This document shows positions 18,517 to 29,606 of a DNA stretch of 36,630 bases, in pieces. Origin of the DNA: an uncultured bacterium (GTDB taxonomy: Bacteria > Hinthialibacterota > Hinthialibacteria > Hinthialibacterales > Hinthialibacteraceae); the NCBI GenBank assembly GCA_964449065.1, contig CAYVAZ010000010.1, positions 1 through 36,630 of the forward strand, given 5' to 3'. The stretch's first letter is position 1; each line of letters opens with the position of its first letter. Below the pieces are notes generated by a model. It saw only the letters and a program-made list of their open reading frames with translations, made no database searches and had not been told where the DNA came from. A program made the translations under genes and the position numbers.

Positions 18517-18716
18517 CTTGTAACCTCCTCAAGGTGCCGCCTTAAACATAGTAAGACGGATTCTCTAAGAAAAGATATTCACAACCGAAAAGCGCTACTT
18601 TTCAGGTTTCATTTGTGTCTTCATTTAAACATGGCTTCATTAAAAAAACGTCACCACACAACTTTGATCTTTCACTATATCATTTTCAATCGTTTACTAT
18701 ATCATTAAGTGCGGAT

Positions 18717-19121
18717 TTAAACAGATAAACTTGCTGATTCCACCTGTTTTTTTTCGGATGATACATGCACATCCGCAACCAATATATTTACGGCCTTTAC
18801 AATATGCCCTGTCATTTCTTCAATAATATCTTTCACTTCACGCTGTACGGATTCAGCAACCTGTGGTATGGAACAGCCTTCTTCAATGATGATCGTCATA
18901 TCAACCGTTAAATCTTCATCTCCCGGAGTCACTTTCACGCCGCGCGCCGTTTCGCCCCGTCCCCACACTTTCGTTAGACTGTCAACCAACCCTTCTGCGG
19001 CATTCAACTCCACGACCCCTTTAATTTTTTTCGCGCAGATTAAAGAGACCGCCTCAAATACTTCATTTGAAACGCCGATTTCACCCAAATCATGCTGTAT
19101 CGAATCCTGCACACTAACCAT
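18717..19121 (-). CDS. Asp23/Gls24 family envelope stress protein
   Basis: LGEIGVSNEVFEAV, IKGVVEL, RGVKV, VDMTIIIEEGCSIPQVAESVQREVK and MTGHIVKAVNILV. Confidence 0.9.
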   Translation of the reverse strand: MVSVQDSIQHDLGEIGVSNEVFEAVSLICAKKIKGVVELNAAEGLVDSLTKVWGRGETARGVKVTPGDEDLTVDMTIIIEEGCSIPQVAESVQREVKDIIEEMTGHIVKAVNILVADVHVSSEKKQVESASLSV

Positions 19122-19407
19122 TTATTAAATCCGTCTTCTCAACCAAGTCTTTCATGCTTTTCCCTGCTTTAAATTGCACGATATTCCGCGCGGGCACATC
19201 CGCCGATTCTTTGGTTAATGGATTTCTGCCAACCCGTGCCGGGGTCCGTTTTACCTTGAACACACCGAAGTTTCTAACTTCGATCCGCCCTTCTTCCGCA
19301 AGGGTATCTACAAACACATCGAACACACATTCCACAATTGCTTTTGTATGATTCTTCTTTAACTTTGTCTGTTCAGAGACATACTCAACAATTTCTTTTT
19401 TCGTCAC
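19114..19407 (-). CDS. HU/IHF family DNA-binding protein (paralogue 2)
   Basis: TKKEIV...IEVRNFGVFKVKRTPARVGRNPLT...FKAGK. Probable GTG start at 19407 behind GAGTGGGG. Overlaps the Asp23 start by 8 nt. Confidence 0.92.
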   Translation of the reverse strand: MTKKEIVEYVSEQTKLKKNHTKAIVECVFDVFVDTLAEEGRIEVRNFGVFKVKRTPARVGRNPLTKESADVPARNIVQFKAGKSMKDLVEKTDLING

Positions 19408-19471
19408 GTCCGTAATACCCCACTCGTACCGCGTTCGATGCAAACAGCACCAACCAATTCAAAAAATAAAT

Positions 19472-19543
<72 letters not shown>

Positions 19544-19563
19544 TCATTTTTTACATGCTCTTT

Positions 19564-19615
19564 TGTGTGCGGTTTAAACTGTGCGCGGTTTAAACGACTT
19601 GTGTTCGGTTTAACC
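19564..19615. repeat. Three 16-bp direct repeats TGTG[CT][GT]CGGTTTAA[AC]C
   Basis: TGTGTGCGGTTTAAAC (19564-79), TGTGCGCGGTTTAAAC (19580-95) and TGTGTTCGGTTTAACC (19600-15). Confidence 0.85.
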
Positions 19616-19705
19616 GACATTCAATGCGCACAGTCTGGATACGATTCCCTTTGTGCATCTTGCATAAATGCATTTTCGTTAAGAGGTAAACCTCTCCATC
19701 AAAAT

Positions 19706-19734
19706 AAGTTACAGCCACCATAACGACTTGTCAA
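19706..19734 (-). promoter_or_regulatory. Sigma70-type promoter for tRNA-fMet/HU/Asp23
   Basis: Minus strand TTGACA-17 nt-TAACTT. Confidence 0.7.
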
Positions 19735-19813
19735 GGAATTTCCCTCTTTTTTTAGAAAAAACATAGAGTTCCGCTTATCGGCCAACTCCATCATTTGTAT
19801 TTTCGTATCAAAG

Positions 19814-20152
19814 TCATTTCCCATCATTCATTGAAATTTGATTTTCCATACGTGTTGAATGGAATTTAACCAAAATCTGTTCTTTTCCCAAATAATTCAT
19901 CTTTTCACGAGCCACAATTTCCCAAGCGTTCAAATCGCTTTCCAGGCGTTTCAACCACTTTTCTTTTTCCTGCTTTTGTTTATTCAGCCAGAGGATATCC
20001 CGTTCAATCTCCCTCAGGTTTTGAACATAAATATCGAGTTCGTCATGGCGGTTAAACACATGTGTAATCCCGCCAATCAGCAAAATGATGAGCGCCAACA
20101 GCAACAGCCAAGACACGCCATCAAATAAAAATGACCGTATAAACCTTATCAT
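19814..20152 (-). CDS. ftsB: FtsB/DivIC-like septum formation initiator
   Basis: One N-terminal TM helix, a coiled coil and EIVAREKMNYL. Lies directly downstream of eno, the common eno-ftsB synteny. Confidence 0.75.
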   Translation of the reverse strand: MIRFIRSFLFDGVSWLLLLALIILLIGGITHVFNRHDELDIYVQNLREIERDILWLNKQKQEKEKWLKRLESDLNAWEIVAREKMNYLGKEQILVKFHSTRMENQISMNDGK

Positions 20153-20158
20153 AAATCC

Positions 20159-21460
<1,302 letters not shown>

Positions 21461-21583
21461 TTACTCTCCTTCAATGAGATAACAGAATGAAAACCCTATT
21501 TTAGCCGAAGTCGGCATTTGGTTCATCCGCGGCAGAAACATTTAGTATACATTTCTGAAAGTTTAATCTTCAGTTAATTGTAA

Positions 21584-21612
21584 ACTATATAGATTTTTGA
21601 AGTTACTGTCAA
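21584..21612 (-). promoter_or_regulatory. Sigma70-type promoter for eno-ftsB
   Basis: Minus strand TTGACA-17 nt-TATAGT, ~130 nt upstream of the eno start. Confidence 0.75.
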
Positions 21613-21902
21613 TCATATTATGGTAATTTTAATATTTAGTTTTCTTCCCTGCTTCAAAACCTAATTCAGTCCATCCAATTCGGCTGCAAGAGAACGGTAT
21701 TGCCCCCGCTTGAAGAATATCCGCAGAATATAACGCTTGTTTTATGATACTCCGGCAAAAAGTGAAATGGAGAATAACTCAATGGCGTTTATTGTGGTGG
21801 GTGCATGTCACGTCTTTCGCTGGTTATGCGGCTTTATGCGGCTTAACCAATTTCCGATTGGGTTCGCGAAGTCGTGAATATCGAAGCGTATCCCAACGGC
21901 GC

Positions 21903-21949
21903 AAATCCCCCGGAGCCTGCGGCTCCACCCCCTTATGCAAGGGGGTTTT
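21903..21949. repeat. Intergenic double-hairpin element
   Basis: AAATCCCCC, then GGAGCC-TGC-GGCTCC, then ACCCCCTT-ATGC-AAGGGGGT-TTT. Confidence 0.55.
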
Positions 21950-22036
21950 GGAACGGCGCTCTTGCTAGTGATGAGGCTGAAGAACCTGGAACATCGTTTA
22001 ATCGTGGTTTAATCATAATGATAGACAGAAAACGGT

Positions 22037-24523
22037 TTATGCCCGACTGTTCTCGATTATGTTTCGTACCATTTGCAGCAGCGTGGATTGTGTGAACGGC
22101 TTCTGCAAAAAATAGACCCCTTCTTCCAGCACACCATGATGAATAATCGCCTCGCCGGTATATCCCGATATATACAATACCGGTAATGAAGGATGGGCAT
22201 TGGTTAGCAAATCAACCAGTTCTTTTCCGCTCATTTTCGGCAAGATCACATCGGTAATCAATAAATCAAAGTGCCCTTCTTGTTCAAAAATTTCAAGTGC
22301 TTCCGCGGCGTAAGACGCTTTAAAAACCGTATAGCCGGCATTGGTCAGAATGCGGTGCAGCAAGTTCCGCACAAGGGGTTCATCTTCTACAATCAATATA
22401 CGTTCCGTCCCGTGCATGGCTTCGGTTACCACTTCGGGGATGGTTACATCATCCGGCGATTCCTGGGTAGCAGGAAAATAAAGTTTAAAGGTAGTGCCCA
22501 TACCCGGTTCACTGTACACATAAATATTTCCCCCACTTTGTTTCACAATACCATGAACCATGGAAAGCCCCAGACCGGTTCCCTTGGCCCTATCTTTTGT
22601 GGTAAAAAACGGTTCAAAAATTTTATCCAAATCGCCGGGCGCAATTCCGGAACCGTTATCCGTTACAGCCAACATAACAAAGCGGCCGGGAACAGCCTCA
22701 GCATGTTGGTTTGCGTAATCTCCATCCAATTCCACATTATCCGTTTCAATGGTTAAATGTCCCCCTTTCGGCATCGCGTCGCGGGCATTCACAGCCAAAT
22801 TGAAAATGATTTGTTCCAACTGAGAAGGATCCGCCTTGATCTTCCAAAGATTCTCTTTCGGCAGCGTCACATATTCTATATCCTCGCCGATCATGCGCCG
22901 CAACATTTTGTCGACATCTAAAATGACCCGGTTTAAATCAACAATTTCGACTTTCATCACTTGTTTTCGGCTAAACGCCAACAATTGACTTGTTAACTTC
23001 GCGGCGCGTTGCGCGGCATCTTTCACTTCGTTTAAAAATTCATAGTTTTCGTCATGCGGAGACAAATCCTGCATGGCAAATTCCGTATTCGCCGAAATGA
23101 TCATGATGATATTGTTAAAATCATGGGCAATTCCACCGGCCAACCGGCCGATTGACTCCATTTTTTGCGACTGGCGAATCTGACTCTCTAATTTCTTTCT
23201 ATTGGAAATATCAATACCAATCGCGATACGGGAATCATCCGACAAGCGGACATTCATCCACAACGAGTCCAGCGTGGTTCCGTCCTTGCAACAAATTTGG
23301 GTTTCGTTCCATCCATCACTCTCTTTTTGCAAGGCCGTGCATGCCCTTTGGTAAAGTTCATCTTGGGGGAAGAGTTTTCGCAAAATATCGACATCGCGAA
23401 TTTCTTCCCATTTCCAACCCAGCGCATCTTCCCAAGCCCGGTTCACCCACTGGTGTTTCAAATCGGGCAATACATGGGCAATCATGATTGGAATATTATT
23501 GGTAATCACTTCAAAAAATTCGTTCTTTTTCTGCAATTTACGTTGGGCCTGAATTTTCTCAGTAATATCCTTGGCAACACTTATCACCTGTCGATGACCG
23601 TTGGGATCGGTTCCAAAGGGGGAAGAACTAAATTCCCATACCCGCTTCTCTCCATCTTTGCACGTGATTTCAAATTCCCCTTCATCCACAGGCTGCGAAA
23701 TGGAGTACAAGTTTTGCATCGCATTTCGAACTTTATCTTTTCCGTTTCCATAAGCCTTTGCGGTCCACTCTTCTATGGTAGGAATCTCATCTAATGAATA
23801 GCCGGATATTTCTCGCCAAGCGTTATTGATAAATTGAATGCGGCCTTCTTCCGTATGAAGTATTGTTGGAAAAGGAAGTTCAGTTAGCGCGTTCCGAAAC
23901 CGCTCTTCCCGTTCCTGAATATACCTCTCCATCTGTTTGCGCTGGCTGATGTCTTTCACAAACACCATTACGGCATACACTCCATCATATCGAATGGGGG
24001 TAGCGGAGACTTCAACCTCGATGGGGTTTTGATTCAAATCAAACCACACTTCATCCAACGATTCTACAGGCTGCATTTCTTGCGTGAGTGTCTGAATCCG
24101 CTGTTGCACAATTGCTTGGTAATCCGGATGAATCAGATCAAAGATAGATTTATGATAAAGTTCCTCTCTTGATCGCGCGCCGAATAGTTCCACCAGTCGT
24201 TCGTTAACATAAACAATGCGGTTTTCGGATTGAACAAACACACCGATGGGCGCATTTTCCTGCATAGTGCGGTAGCGTTCTTCGCTGCGAATCAGACGGA
24301 AAAAACTGTTCCGAACCAAGATATACATCACCACGGTAGTAACCAACACAAAAGCCGACCCTTTAAAAACTTGGTACAATATAATTTCTTGCTCTGTGAG
24401 CCCTGCCGCCGATAAGCTGTAATCACTAAGAAAAATCCAAATGATGCTAAAAATAAAATAAACAAATGGGATCAGTAAAACTTTTTGATAATAATTTGGA
24501 TAGATATTCCGCAAATGTAACAT
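22037..24523 (-). CDS. Hybrid sensor histidine kinase/response regulator with three PAS domains
   Basis: Two N-terminal TMs, three PAS/PAC units, GRLAGGIAHDFNN H-box, NLAVNARDAMP, DNGSGI, GTGLGL, and a receiver domain LLITDVILP...FLQKPF. Confidence 0.95.
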   Translation of the reverse strand: MLHLRNIYPNYYQKVLLIPFVYFIFSIIWIFLSDYSLSAAGLTEQEIILYQVFKGSAFVLVTTVVMYILVRNSFFRLIRSEERYRTMQENAPIGVFVQSENRIVYVNERLVELFGARSREELYHKSIFDLIHPDYQAIVQQRIQTLTQEMQPVESLDEVWFDLNQNPIEVEVSATPIRYDGVYAVMVFVKDISQRKQMERYIQEREERFRNALTELPFPTILHTEEGRIQFINNAWREISGYSLDEIPTIEEWTAKAYGNGKDKVRNAMQNLYSISQPVDEGEFEITCKDGEKRVWEFSSSPFGTDPNGHRQVISVAKDITEKIQAQRKLQKKNEFFEVITNNIPIMIAHVLPDLKHQWVNRAWEDALGWKWEEIRDVDILRKLFPQDELYQRACTALQKESDGWNETQICCKDGTTLDSLWMNVRLSDDSRIAIGIDISNRKKLESQIRQSQKMESIGRLAGGIAHDFNNIIMIISANTEFAMQDLSPHDENYEFLNEVKDAAQRAAKLTSQLLAFSRKQVMKVEIVDLNRVILDVDKMLRRMIGEDIEYVTLPKENLWKIKADPSQLEQIIFNLAVNARDAMPKGGHLTIETDNVELDGDYANQHAEAVPGRFVMLAVTDNGSGIAPGDLDKIFEPFFTTKDRAKGTGLGLSMVHGIVKQSGGNIYVYSEPGMGTTFKLYFPATQESPDDVTIPEVVTEAMHGTERILIVEDEPLVRNLLHRILTNAGYTVFKASYAAEALEIFEQEGHFDLLITDVILPKMSGKELVDLLTNAHPSLPVLYISGYTGEAIIHHGVLEEGVYFLQKPFTQSTLLQMVRNIIENSRA

Positions 24524-24841
24524 GATGGATTCACCGCTTTGATCTTAAAGTTGACCGGGATGAAAATCCAATCATGGATAATCAGCGACCGGGAAGTAAC
24601 GAACACATGATTTATTATCAATCAAATCTTGTCATTTTTCAAGAAAAAACGCTTTTACATGCGCAAAGATTTTCAATTTTGCGCCAAATTTTCTCAAGTC
24701 ATTGGCTTGAATATATAAAATCTTCAAACAGTTGCACACAGATTTCATTGAAATTCGAAAAAACACCATACACTTTTTTTAGGTATGAGATATGATAATG
24801 AGATAAGAACAATTAGATAAACTAAAAATGCACAAGAAACA

Positions 24842-25190
24842 GGGGGCGTAATGGGTTCGACGGAAATGGCGTGGCGAATAAGAGCATGCCGGGGAACCGC
24901 CGGCCCCGTAATCAAGGCGGATAAATAATAACTGCAGATTACGAAACTTTACCTCTAGCCGCGTAGTCGGCTAGCGTCACGTTCGGTTCCGCTCTTTCGG
25001 CTGAACAAGTGGCGTCAAACAGATGGAGCTAGCAGGCTCATCTGCCTTCGCTGAGTTTGCGAACCCTTAGAAGGCTGGCTGTCCAGGCGTTGTCTCCGTT
25101 CGCCGGGCAGTGAGATCAATCGGAGACTAAGCATGTAGTGCTTATTGGTTGACCCATTTTCGGACGCGGGTTCAATTCCCGCCGCCTCCA
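24842..25190 (+). ncRNA. ssrA: tmRNA; tag peptide (A)ADYETLPLAA at 24934-24966
   Basis: 5' GGGGGCG...GGTTCGAC and 3' GGACGCGGGTTCAATTCCCGCCGCCTCCA form an Ala-type acceptor stem with G3.U70. The resume codon GCA follows ATAACT and the tag ends LAA-stop. Confidence 0.96.
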
Positions 25191-25350
25191 CTTTCTTTTC
25201 TCTATCGTAAAGCATTTTAAATAAAGAACTTGCAACTTTTTTGCTTTCAACACACTTCATTTGTTGGCGGTATATTGGCGTTTTATTTTGTTCAGTAGTT
25301 TCCACTTTAAACGGATTCAAATAAATTCTGTGTGATTCTTCCATAAAAGG

Positions 25351-25374
25351 GTAGCATCGGCTTCCAGCCGGTAC
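25351..25374 (+). repeat. GTAG-type REP-like hairpin
   Basis: GTAG immediately followed by the imperfect hairpin C-ATCGGCT-TCC-AGCCGGT. Confidence 0.45.
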
Positions 25375-25554
25375 CGCTCACCGCATATCATTTCATTGAA
25401 GCGGTATAATATGATGTTTTGTCCAAATCTGGAAGAATCAGTTCATAGACAAGATTCACGATATCATTCAAACTTCCCTCAATATTCTTTGTATAAATCC
25501 GGTACATAAGACTGGCATGTATTTTGGCAATCGCTAAAACAAACATGATGGTCA

Positions 25555-26319
25555 TCATTGCGGTTTGATTGCTGCAAGTAGATACAAAACCGTTTCAGTC
25601 GAGTAAATCACAAATCCCGCGCAATCCCCCGTGATTGCCCTGATCCTGCGTAAAAAGTAGAACCGGGCAGCGATTGGAATTATAAGAAAGACAACCGGTA
25701 CGATGATCAAATGATCTGGCATGATCATCCCTAAAATGATGATTGTATTGGCCAACCCGGCAAAAAAACACAGCCACCGGTTGGAGAACAATACCGTACG
25801 GTTCATACTTTCGGGTGGGAGTTCATGCTTTTGTGCCAGGGTTAAAAACAATACACCCGCCAACCGTGAAACGGATGCAAACGCAATCAAACTCGTTGCC
25901 GCCGTTGCGGGGCTCATCGCCGTGAGCGCAGCGTATCGTAATACATAAGAAGAAATTAACGCGAATGCTCCATAAGTTCCAATACAACTATCCCGCATAA
26001 TAGCAAGAATTTTTTGCGGAGTATTTCCTCCCATACCATCGGCGGTATCCGCAAGTGCATCTTCATGAAAGGCTCCCGTAATCCAACCATAAACAAAAAG
26101 CGTTATGGCTACCGAAACCGTATACGGAAAGAAAAGCGTTGAATAGCTTAAAACCAAGGCGGCAATTCCACCTAAGAGCGCCCCAACGATTGGAAAAAAT
26201 ATTCCCATACGGTAAAGCGCATGTCCCGTATATCCCCACTTGGGAATCGGGATCCACGATAAAAAGGATACGGTCGTTAAAACCAATTGAAGGATGTAAA
26301 TTAATCGTTTTATTTTCAT
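25555..26319 (-). CDS. cobS: Cobalamin (5'-phosphate) synthase
   Basis: Polytopic membrane protein with FPIVGALLG, TGAFHEDALADTADG, IMRDSCIGTYG and ITGDCAG. Confidence 0.92.
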   Translation of the reverse strand: MKIKRLIYILQLVLTTVSFLSWIPIPKWGYTGHALYRMGIFFPIVGALLGGIAALVLSYSTLFFPYTVSVAITLFVYGWITGAFHEDALADTADGMGGNTPQKILAIMRDSCIGTYGAFALISSYVLRYAALTAMSPATAATSLIAFASVSRLAGVLFLTLAQKHELPPESMNRTVLFSNRWLCFFAGLANTIIILGMIMPDHLIIVPVVFLIIPIAARFYFLRRIRAITGDCAGFVIYSTETVLYLLAAIKPQ

Positions 26320-26321
26320 GA

Positions 26322-27338
26322 TTAACGGCTCACATTCGCCGATTTGAAGGTAGCCATTTCGTTAAAAACCGCCGCGGCCGCGTCTAAAATAGGGAGCGCT
26401 ATGAGGGCGCCGCTCGCTTCTCCCAACCGCAGGTTCAAATCAAGCAAAGGGTCTAAATCTAAATGATCCAGAACCAATCGGTGTCCACGTTCAGCGGAAA
26501 TATGCGCCGCAATGAGATTTTGCTGCACAGAAGGTTCCATTTCACAGGCGATTAACGCCGCGGCAGAGACAATAAAACCATCCAATACTATGGGGATGGT
26601 GTGTTTTGATGCTTCTAACATGGCGCCTACCATTGCCGCAATTTCAAATCCCCCCAAACAAGATAACACGGTTTCCACACCAGTAATTTGATGACTATGC
26701 AATGCGTTTTCAATGATGCACTTTTTGTGATTCCATCCTTCATGATTCAATCCGGTCCCGCAGCCCGTGATGTTTTCAACCGGTATATTCAAAACCGCCG
26801 CGCTAATGGCAGCGGCGGAGGTGGTGTTGCCGATCCCCATTTCGCCCAAAAGAATCAACTTGGTTCCTTCTTCAACCTCTTCAGAAACGGTTTGCCTACC
26901 GACCGCAATACCTTGCCGGCATTCATCCAGGGTCATTGCAGGTTGGTTGGTAAAGTTTCGCGTCCCGTTTCGAACAAGTTTTCGCTCCACTCCAGGCATC
27001 TCTTCATTCTCCGGCAACATGCTGCCCACATCGATAATCCGTAATTTGGCTTGATGCAGTTTGGATAACACACTCACAGCGGCTCCACCATTTGCCATGT
27101 TTTTCATCATTTCTATAGTCACCGGTTGGGGAAACGCGCTTACACCTTCTTCGCAAACGCCATGATCACCGGCAAAAATGATTACACTTCGGGGCTTGGT
27201 TTGCGGCTGTTTTGTCTTTTGGATGCCGCATAGCCGCGCGGCGGTTTCTTCAACACGTCCCAAACTTCTTGGCGGTTTGGTCAGTTGGTCAAGATGCCGC
27301 CATGCGGCATCGATATCGTGTTGGTTATTCGTTAGCAT
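26322..27338 (-). CDS. cobT: Nicotinate-nucleotide--dimethylbenzimidazole phosphoribosyltransferase
   Basis: LTKPPRSLGRVE, FAGDHGV, GEMGIGNTT, LDGFI and LRLGEASGA. Confidence 0.96.
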   Translation of the reverse strand: MLTNNQHDIDAAWRHLDQLTKPPRSLGRVEETAARLCGIQKTKQPQTKPRSVIIFAGDHGVCEEGVSAFPQPVTIEMMKNMANGGAAVSVLSKLHQAKLRIIDVGSMLPENEEMPGVERKLVRNGTRNFTNQPAMTLDECRQGIAVGRQTVSEEVEEGTKLILLGEMGIGNTTSAAAISAAVLNIPVENITGCGTGLNHEGWNHKKCIIENALHSHQITGVETVLSCLGGFEIAAMVGAMLEASKHTIPIVLDGFIVSAAALIACEMEPSVQQNLIAAHISAERGHRLVLDHLDLDPLLDLNLRLGEASGALIALPILDAAAAVFNEMATFKSANVSR

Positions 27339-27864
27339 TTGGTGTTGTCCCCTTTACCGCTAGCGGTATTCCCGCCACAAACAAAATCACGTTTTCACAT
27401 ACCGCCGCGATACTTTGATTGATTTTGCCTAATAGATCGCGGTATTGCCTGCCGGATTCATATTCAGGATGAACTCCCATCCCTACCTCATTGGTTACGA
27501 TGACAATCTCTGTCTTAATCCTTTCGATCTTATTGATTAAGGGTATTACATGGTTTTGGATAACTTGATCTTGAGTCGGGGCCTCATTCATAATCAGGGC
27601 AGTCCACACAGTGAGGCAATCAATCACGATGATATCGGCTGTCTTATGAGCGGATTGCAATGCCTTTACGATATCTTTTCCTGCTTCAATCGTTCTCCAA
27701 CGATCTCCCCGCTCTTGTTGATGGCGATTAATGCGTTCTTTCATATCCTCATCGATGGCGCTGGCTGTCGCAATAAACACTTTGCGGTTAAACCGCTGCG
27801 AGTACCGAACCGCCCAAGCACTTTTTCCGCTGCGGACCCCTCCGATGACTAATGTGCTGGACAT
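27325..27864 (-). CDS. cobU: Bifunctional adenosylcobinamide kinase/guanylyltransferase (CobU/CobP)
   Basis: GGVRSGKS, FIATA, RINRHQQER, IDCLTVW, TNEVGMG and YRDLLG. Start set at ATG 27864 behind GGAGG. Confidence 0.96.
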   Translation of the reverse strand: MSSTLVIGGVRSGKSAWAVRYSQRFNRKVFIATASAIDEDMKERINRHQQERGDRWRTIEAGKDIVKALQSAHKTADIIVIDCLTVWTALIMNEAPTQDQVIQNHVIPLINKIERIKTEIVIVTNEVGMGVHPEYESGRQYRDLLGKINQSIAAVCENVILFVAGIPLAVKGTTPNANE

Positions 27865-28622
27865 GTGTTTTCCTCCATCTGCCATACATTCATCATCCGG
27901 TTCTGAACCGTCTTCATCGGGAGATCAAATCCTTCTGCAATCGTAGTGGGATTGATAACTTCATGGGGATCACCTTGTTTGATGATTTGTCCCTGTTTGA
28001 TCATTGCCGCCCGGTCGGATATGCGCAGCGCGCCATTTAAATCATGCGTCACGTTGATGATGGTTTTCCCCTCATTTCGCAGCCGGATCAAAATGTCTTC
28101 AAACAATATTTGATGTTTCAAGTCCAAATAGCGGGCAGGTTCATCCAACAGAATAATAGGGGTGTTTTGCATAATGACCTGTGCCAGCAAAACCCGCTGA
28201 AATTCCCCCCCGCTTAGCGTACCGACAACCCTGTGGCGAAATTCATCCATCCGGCAAATCAAAAGGGCATCACGAAGACGGTTTTGCAATTCAATCTTTG
28301 AGACCATTCCTACCCACGGAAAATGCCCCATGAGAATGTATTCTTCCACTGTACATTGCGTGTTTGTAGGAATCGTTTGCGGCAAATAAGCGATCTGCCT
28401 TGCAAGCTGTTTGAGCGTCATGGATTGGATATCTTGGTTTTGAAGAGTAATGCAGCCGGATTGAATTGGCACAAAACGCAAAACAGCGCGCAACATTGTG
28501 CTTTTCCCTGCGCCGTTTTGTCCGACAATCGAAACCAAGTTGCCCGCATCGGCTTGCAAAGAAACATTTTGAATGATGCGGTGATTCTTGATGGTCACGG
28601 ATAGATTTTGGATGCGCAACAT
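27849..28622 (-). CDS. btuD: Cobalamin/iron-chelate ABC transporter ATPase
   Basis: GQNGAGKS, LSGGEFQRV, LLDEP and THDLN. Substrate inferred from the B12 operon context. Confidence 0.85.
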   Translation of the reverse strand: MLRIQNLSVTIKNHRIIQNVSLQADAGNLVSIVGQNGAGKSTMLRAVLRFVPIQSGCITLQNQDIQSMTLKQLARQIAYLPQTIPTNTQCTVEEYILMGHFPWVGMVSKIELQNRLRDALLICRMDEFRHRVVGTLSGGEFQRVLLAQVIMQNTPIILLDEPARYLDLKHQILFEDILIRLRNEGKTIINVTHDLNGALRISDRAAMIKQGQIIKQGDPHEVINPTTIAEGFDLPMKTVQNRMMNVWQMEENTCPAH

Positions 28623-28628
28623 AGTGGG

Positions 28629-29606
28629 TCATGCCTCTTTCCGAACAAACATCCATAAAAATGTCACACTGCCGATCAATCCGGTGATGACTCCCAACGG
28701 CAATTCAATAGGGGCAAACGCATTCTTCGCGATTAAGTCACAAAACAGCACGAAGGAGGCTCCACCCAAAATACACAAGGGAAACAAGACCCTGTGCTGC
28801 GTTCCGGCGGGGTAGCGTATGATGTGCGGAATCATTAATCCCACAAAACCGACGATGCCTACCGCAGCAACACATGCACCTGTAACCATGCTGGATATGA
28901 AAAATACTTCCCGGCGTAAATGGCCCGCATTTACACCCAATGATGCCGTTTTTTCTTCTCCCATGCTTAATAAATCCAATTCTTTCGCTTTGCGGAACAT
29001 CAACAAACAACCGGCAATAACAACCACGCAGGCGGTTGCCAGCATTGAGGTGGGAGCAGAACCCAAATCGCCCAACAACCACATCAATGCACCATGAGCG
29101 CGGTTGCTTGATGAAAGTGAAATGAGCATCATGAGCAGCGATTGAAAAAAATATCCCAACATTATACCGCACAAAATAAGCGCCGATTGAGAAAACCGGG
29201 TGTGCTGGGATAACACAAACACCAGGGCCGTCACAATCACGGCGCCGACCATGGCACTCACGGAGACCCATATCCCCGCCGTCACTCCGGAAACAATCGC
29301 CAATACGGCTCCAAAGCCCGCACCACCAGAAATGCCCAGCGTAAATGGTTCCGCCAATGGATTGCGAAAAAGCCCTTGCAGCGCCAAACCGCAAGCAGCC
29401 AGTCCCATCCCCGTTATGACTGCATAGACCGCGCGCGGCAGCCGCAACTTCCACAAAATCGCCCCGGAGGGAGACGACGGATTCAACAATCCATGCATGA
29501 CTTCATTCCATGACAAGTCGGCCGGTCCCGAAACCACATGCGCAACAAAGACAGCGATCAACATGAACAACAGGCCTGTAAACAAAAACCAAAACGTGTT
29601 CTTCAT
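28629..29606 (-). CDS. btuC: Cobalamin ABC transporter permease (FecCD/BtuC family)
   Basis: LRLPRA, QGLFRNPLAEPFTLGISGGA, GFVGLMIPH and ELPLGVIT. Confidence 0.88.
   Translation of the reverse strand: MKNTFWFLFTGLLFMLIAVFVAHVVSGPADLSWNEVMHGLLNPSSPSGAILWKLRLPRAVYAVITGMGLAACGLALQGLFRNPLAEPFTLGISGGAGFGAVLAIVSGVTAGIWVSVSAMVGAVIVTALVFVLSQHTRFSQSALILCGIMLGYFFQSLLMMLISLSSSNRAHGALMWLLGDLGSAPTSMLATACVVVIAGCLLMFRKAKELDLLSMGEEKTASLGVNAGHLRREVFFISSMVTGACVAAVGIVGFVGLMIPHIIRYPAGTQHRVLFPLCILGGASFVLFCDLIAKNAFAPIELPLGVITGLIGSVTFLWMFVRKEA

Noticed and set aside
19564..19615. Possible mini-CRISPR array
   Set aside because: The repeats are only 16 bp with 0-4 nt between them, there are no spacers, and no cas genes are present.
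21744..22095. Two short plus-strand ORFs (74 and 73 aa) between eno and the PAS kinase
   Set aside because: No recognisable motifs or RBS. They run across a hairpin repeat and the kinase 3' end.
25015..25344. 109-aa minus-strand ORF containing VEAAGIEPAS
   Set aside because: It is the antisense shadow of the tmRNA 3' end, a well-known spurious translation.
28738..29454. 238-aa alternative-frame ORF within btuC, and similar nested or antisense ORFs in tpiA, eno, cobT and the 1329-aa gene
   Set aside because: They lie fully inside well-supported genes with no independent motifs, as expected for shadow ORFs.
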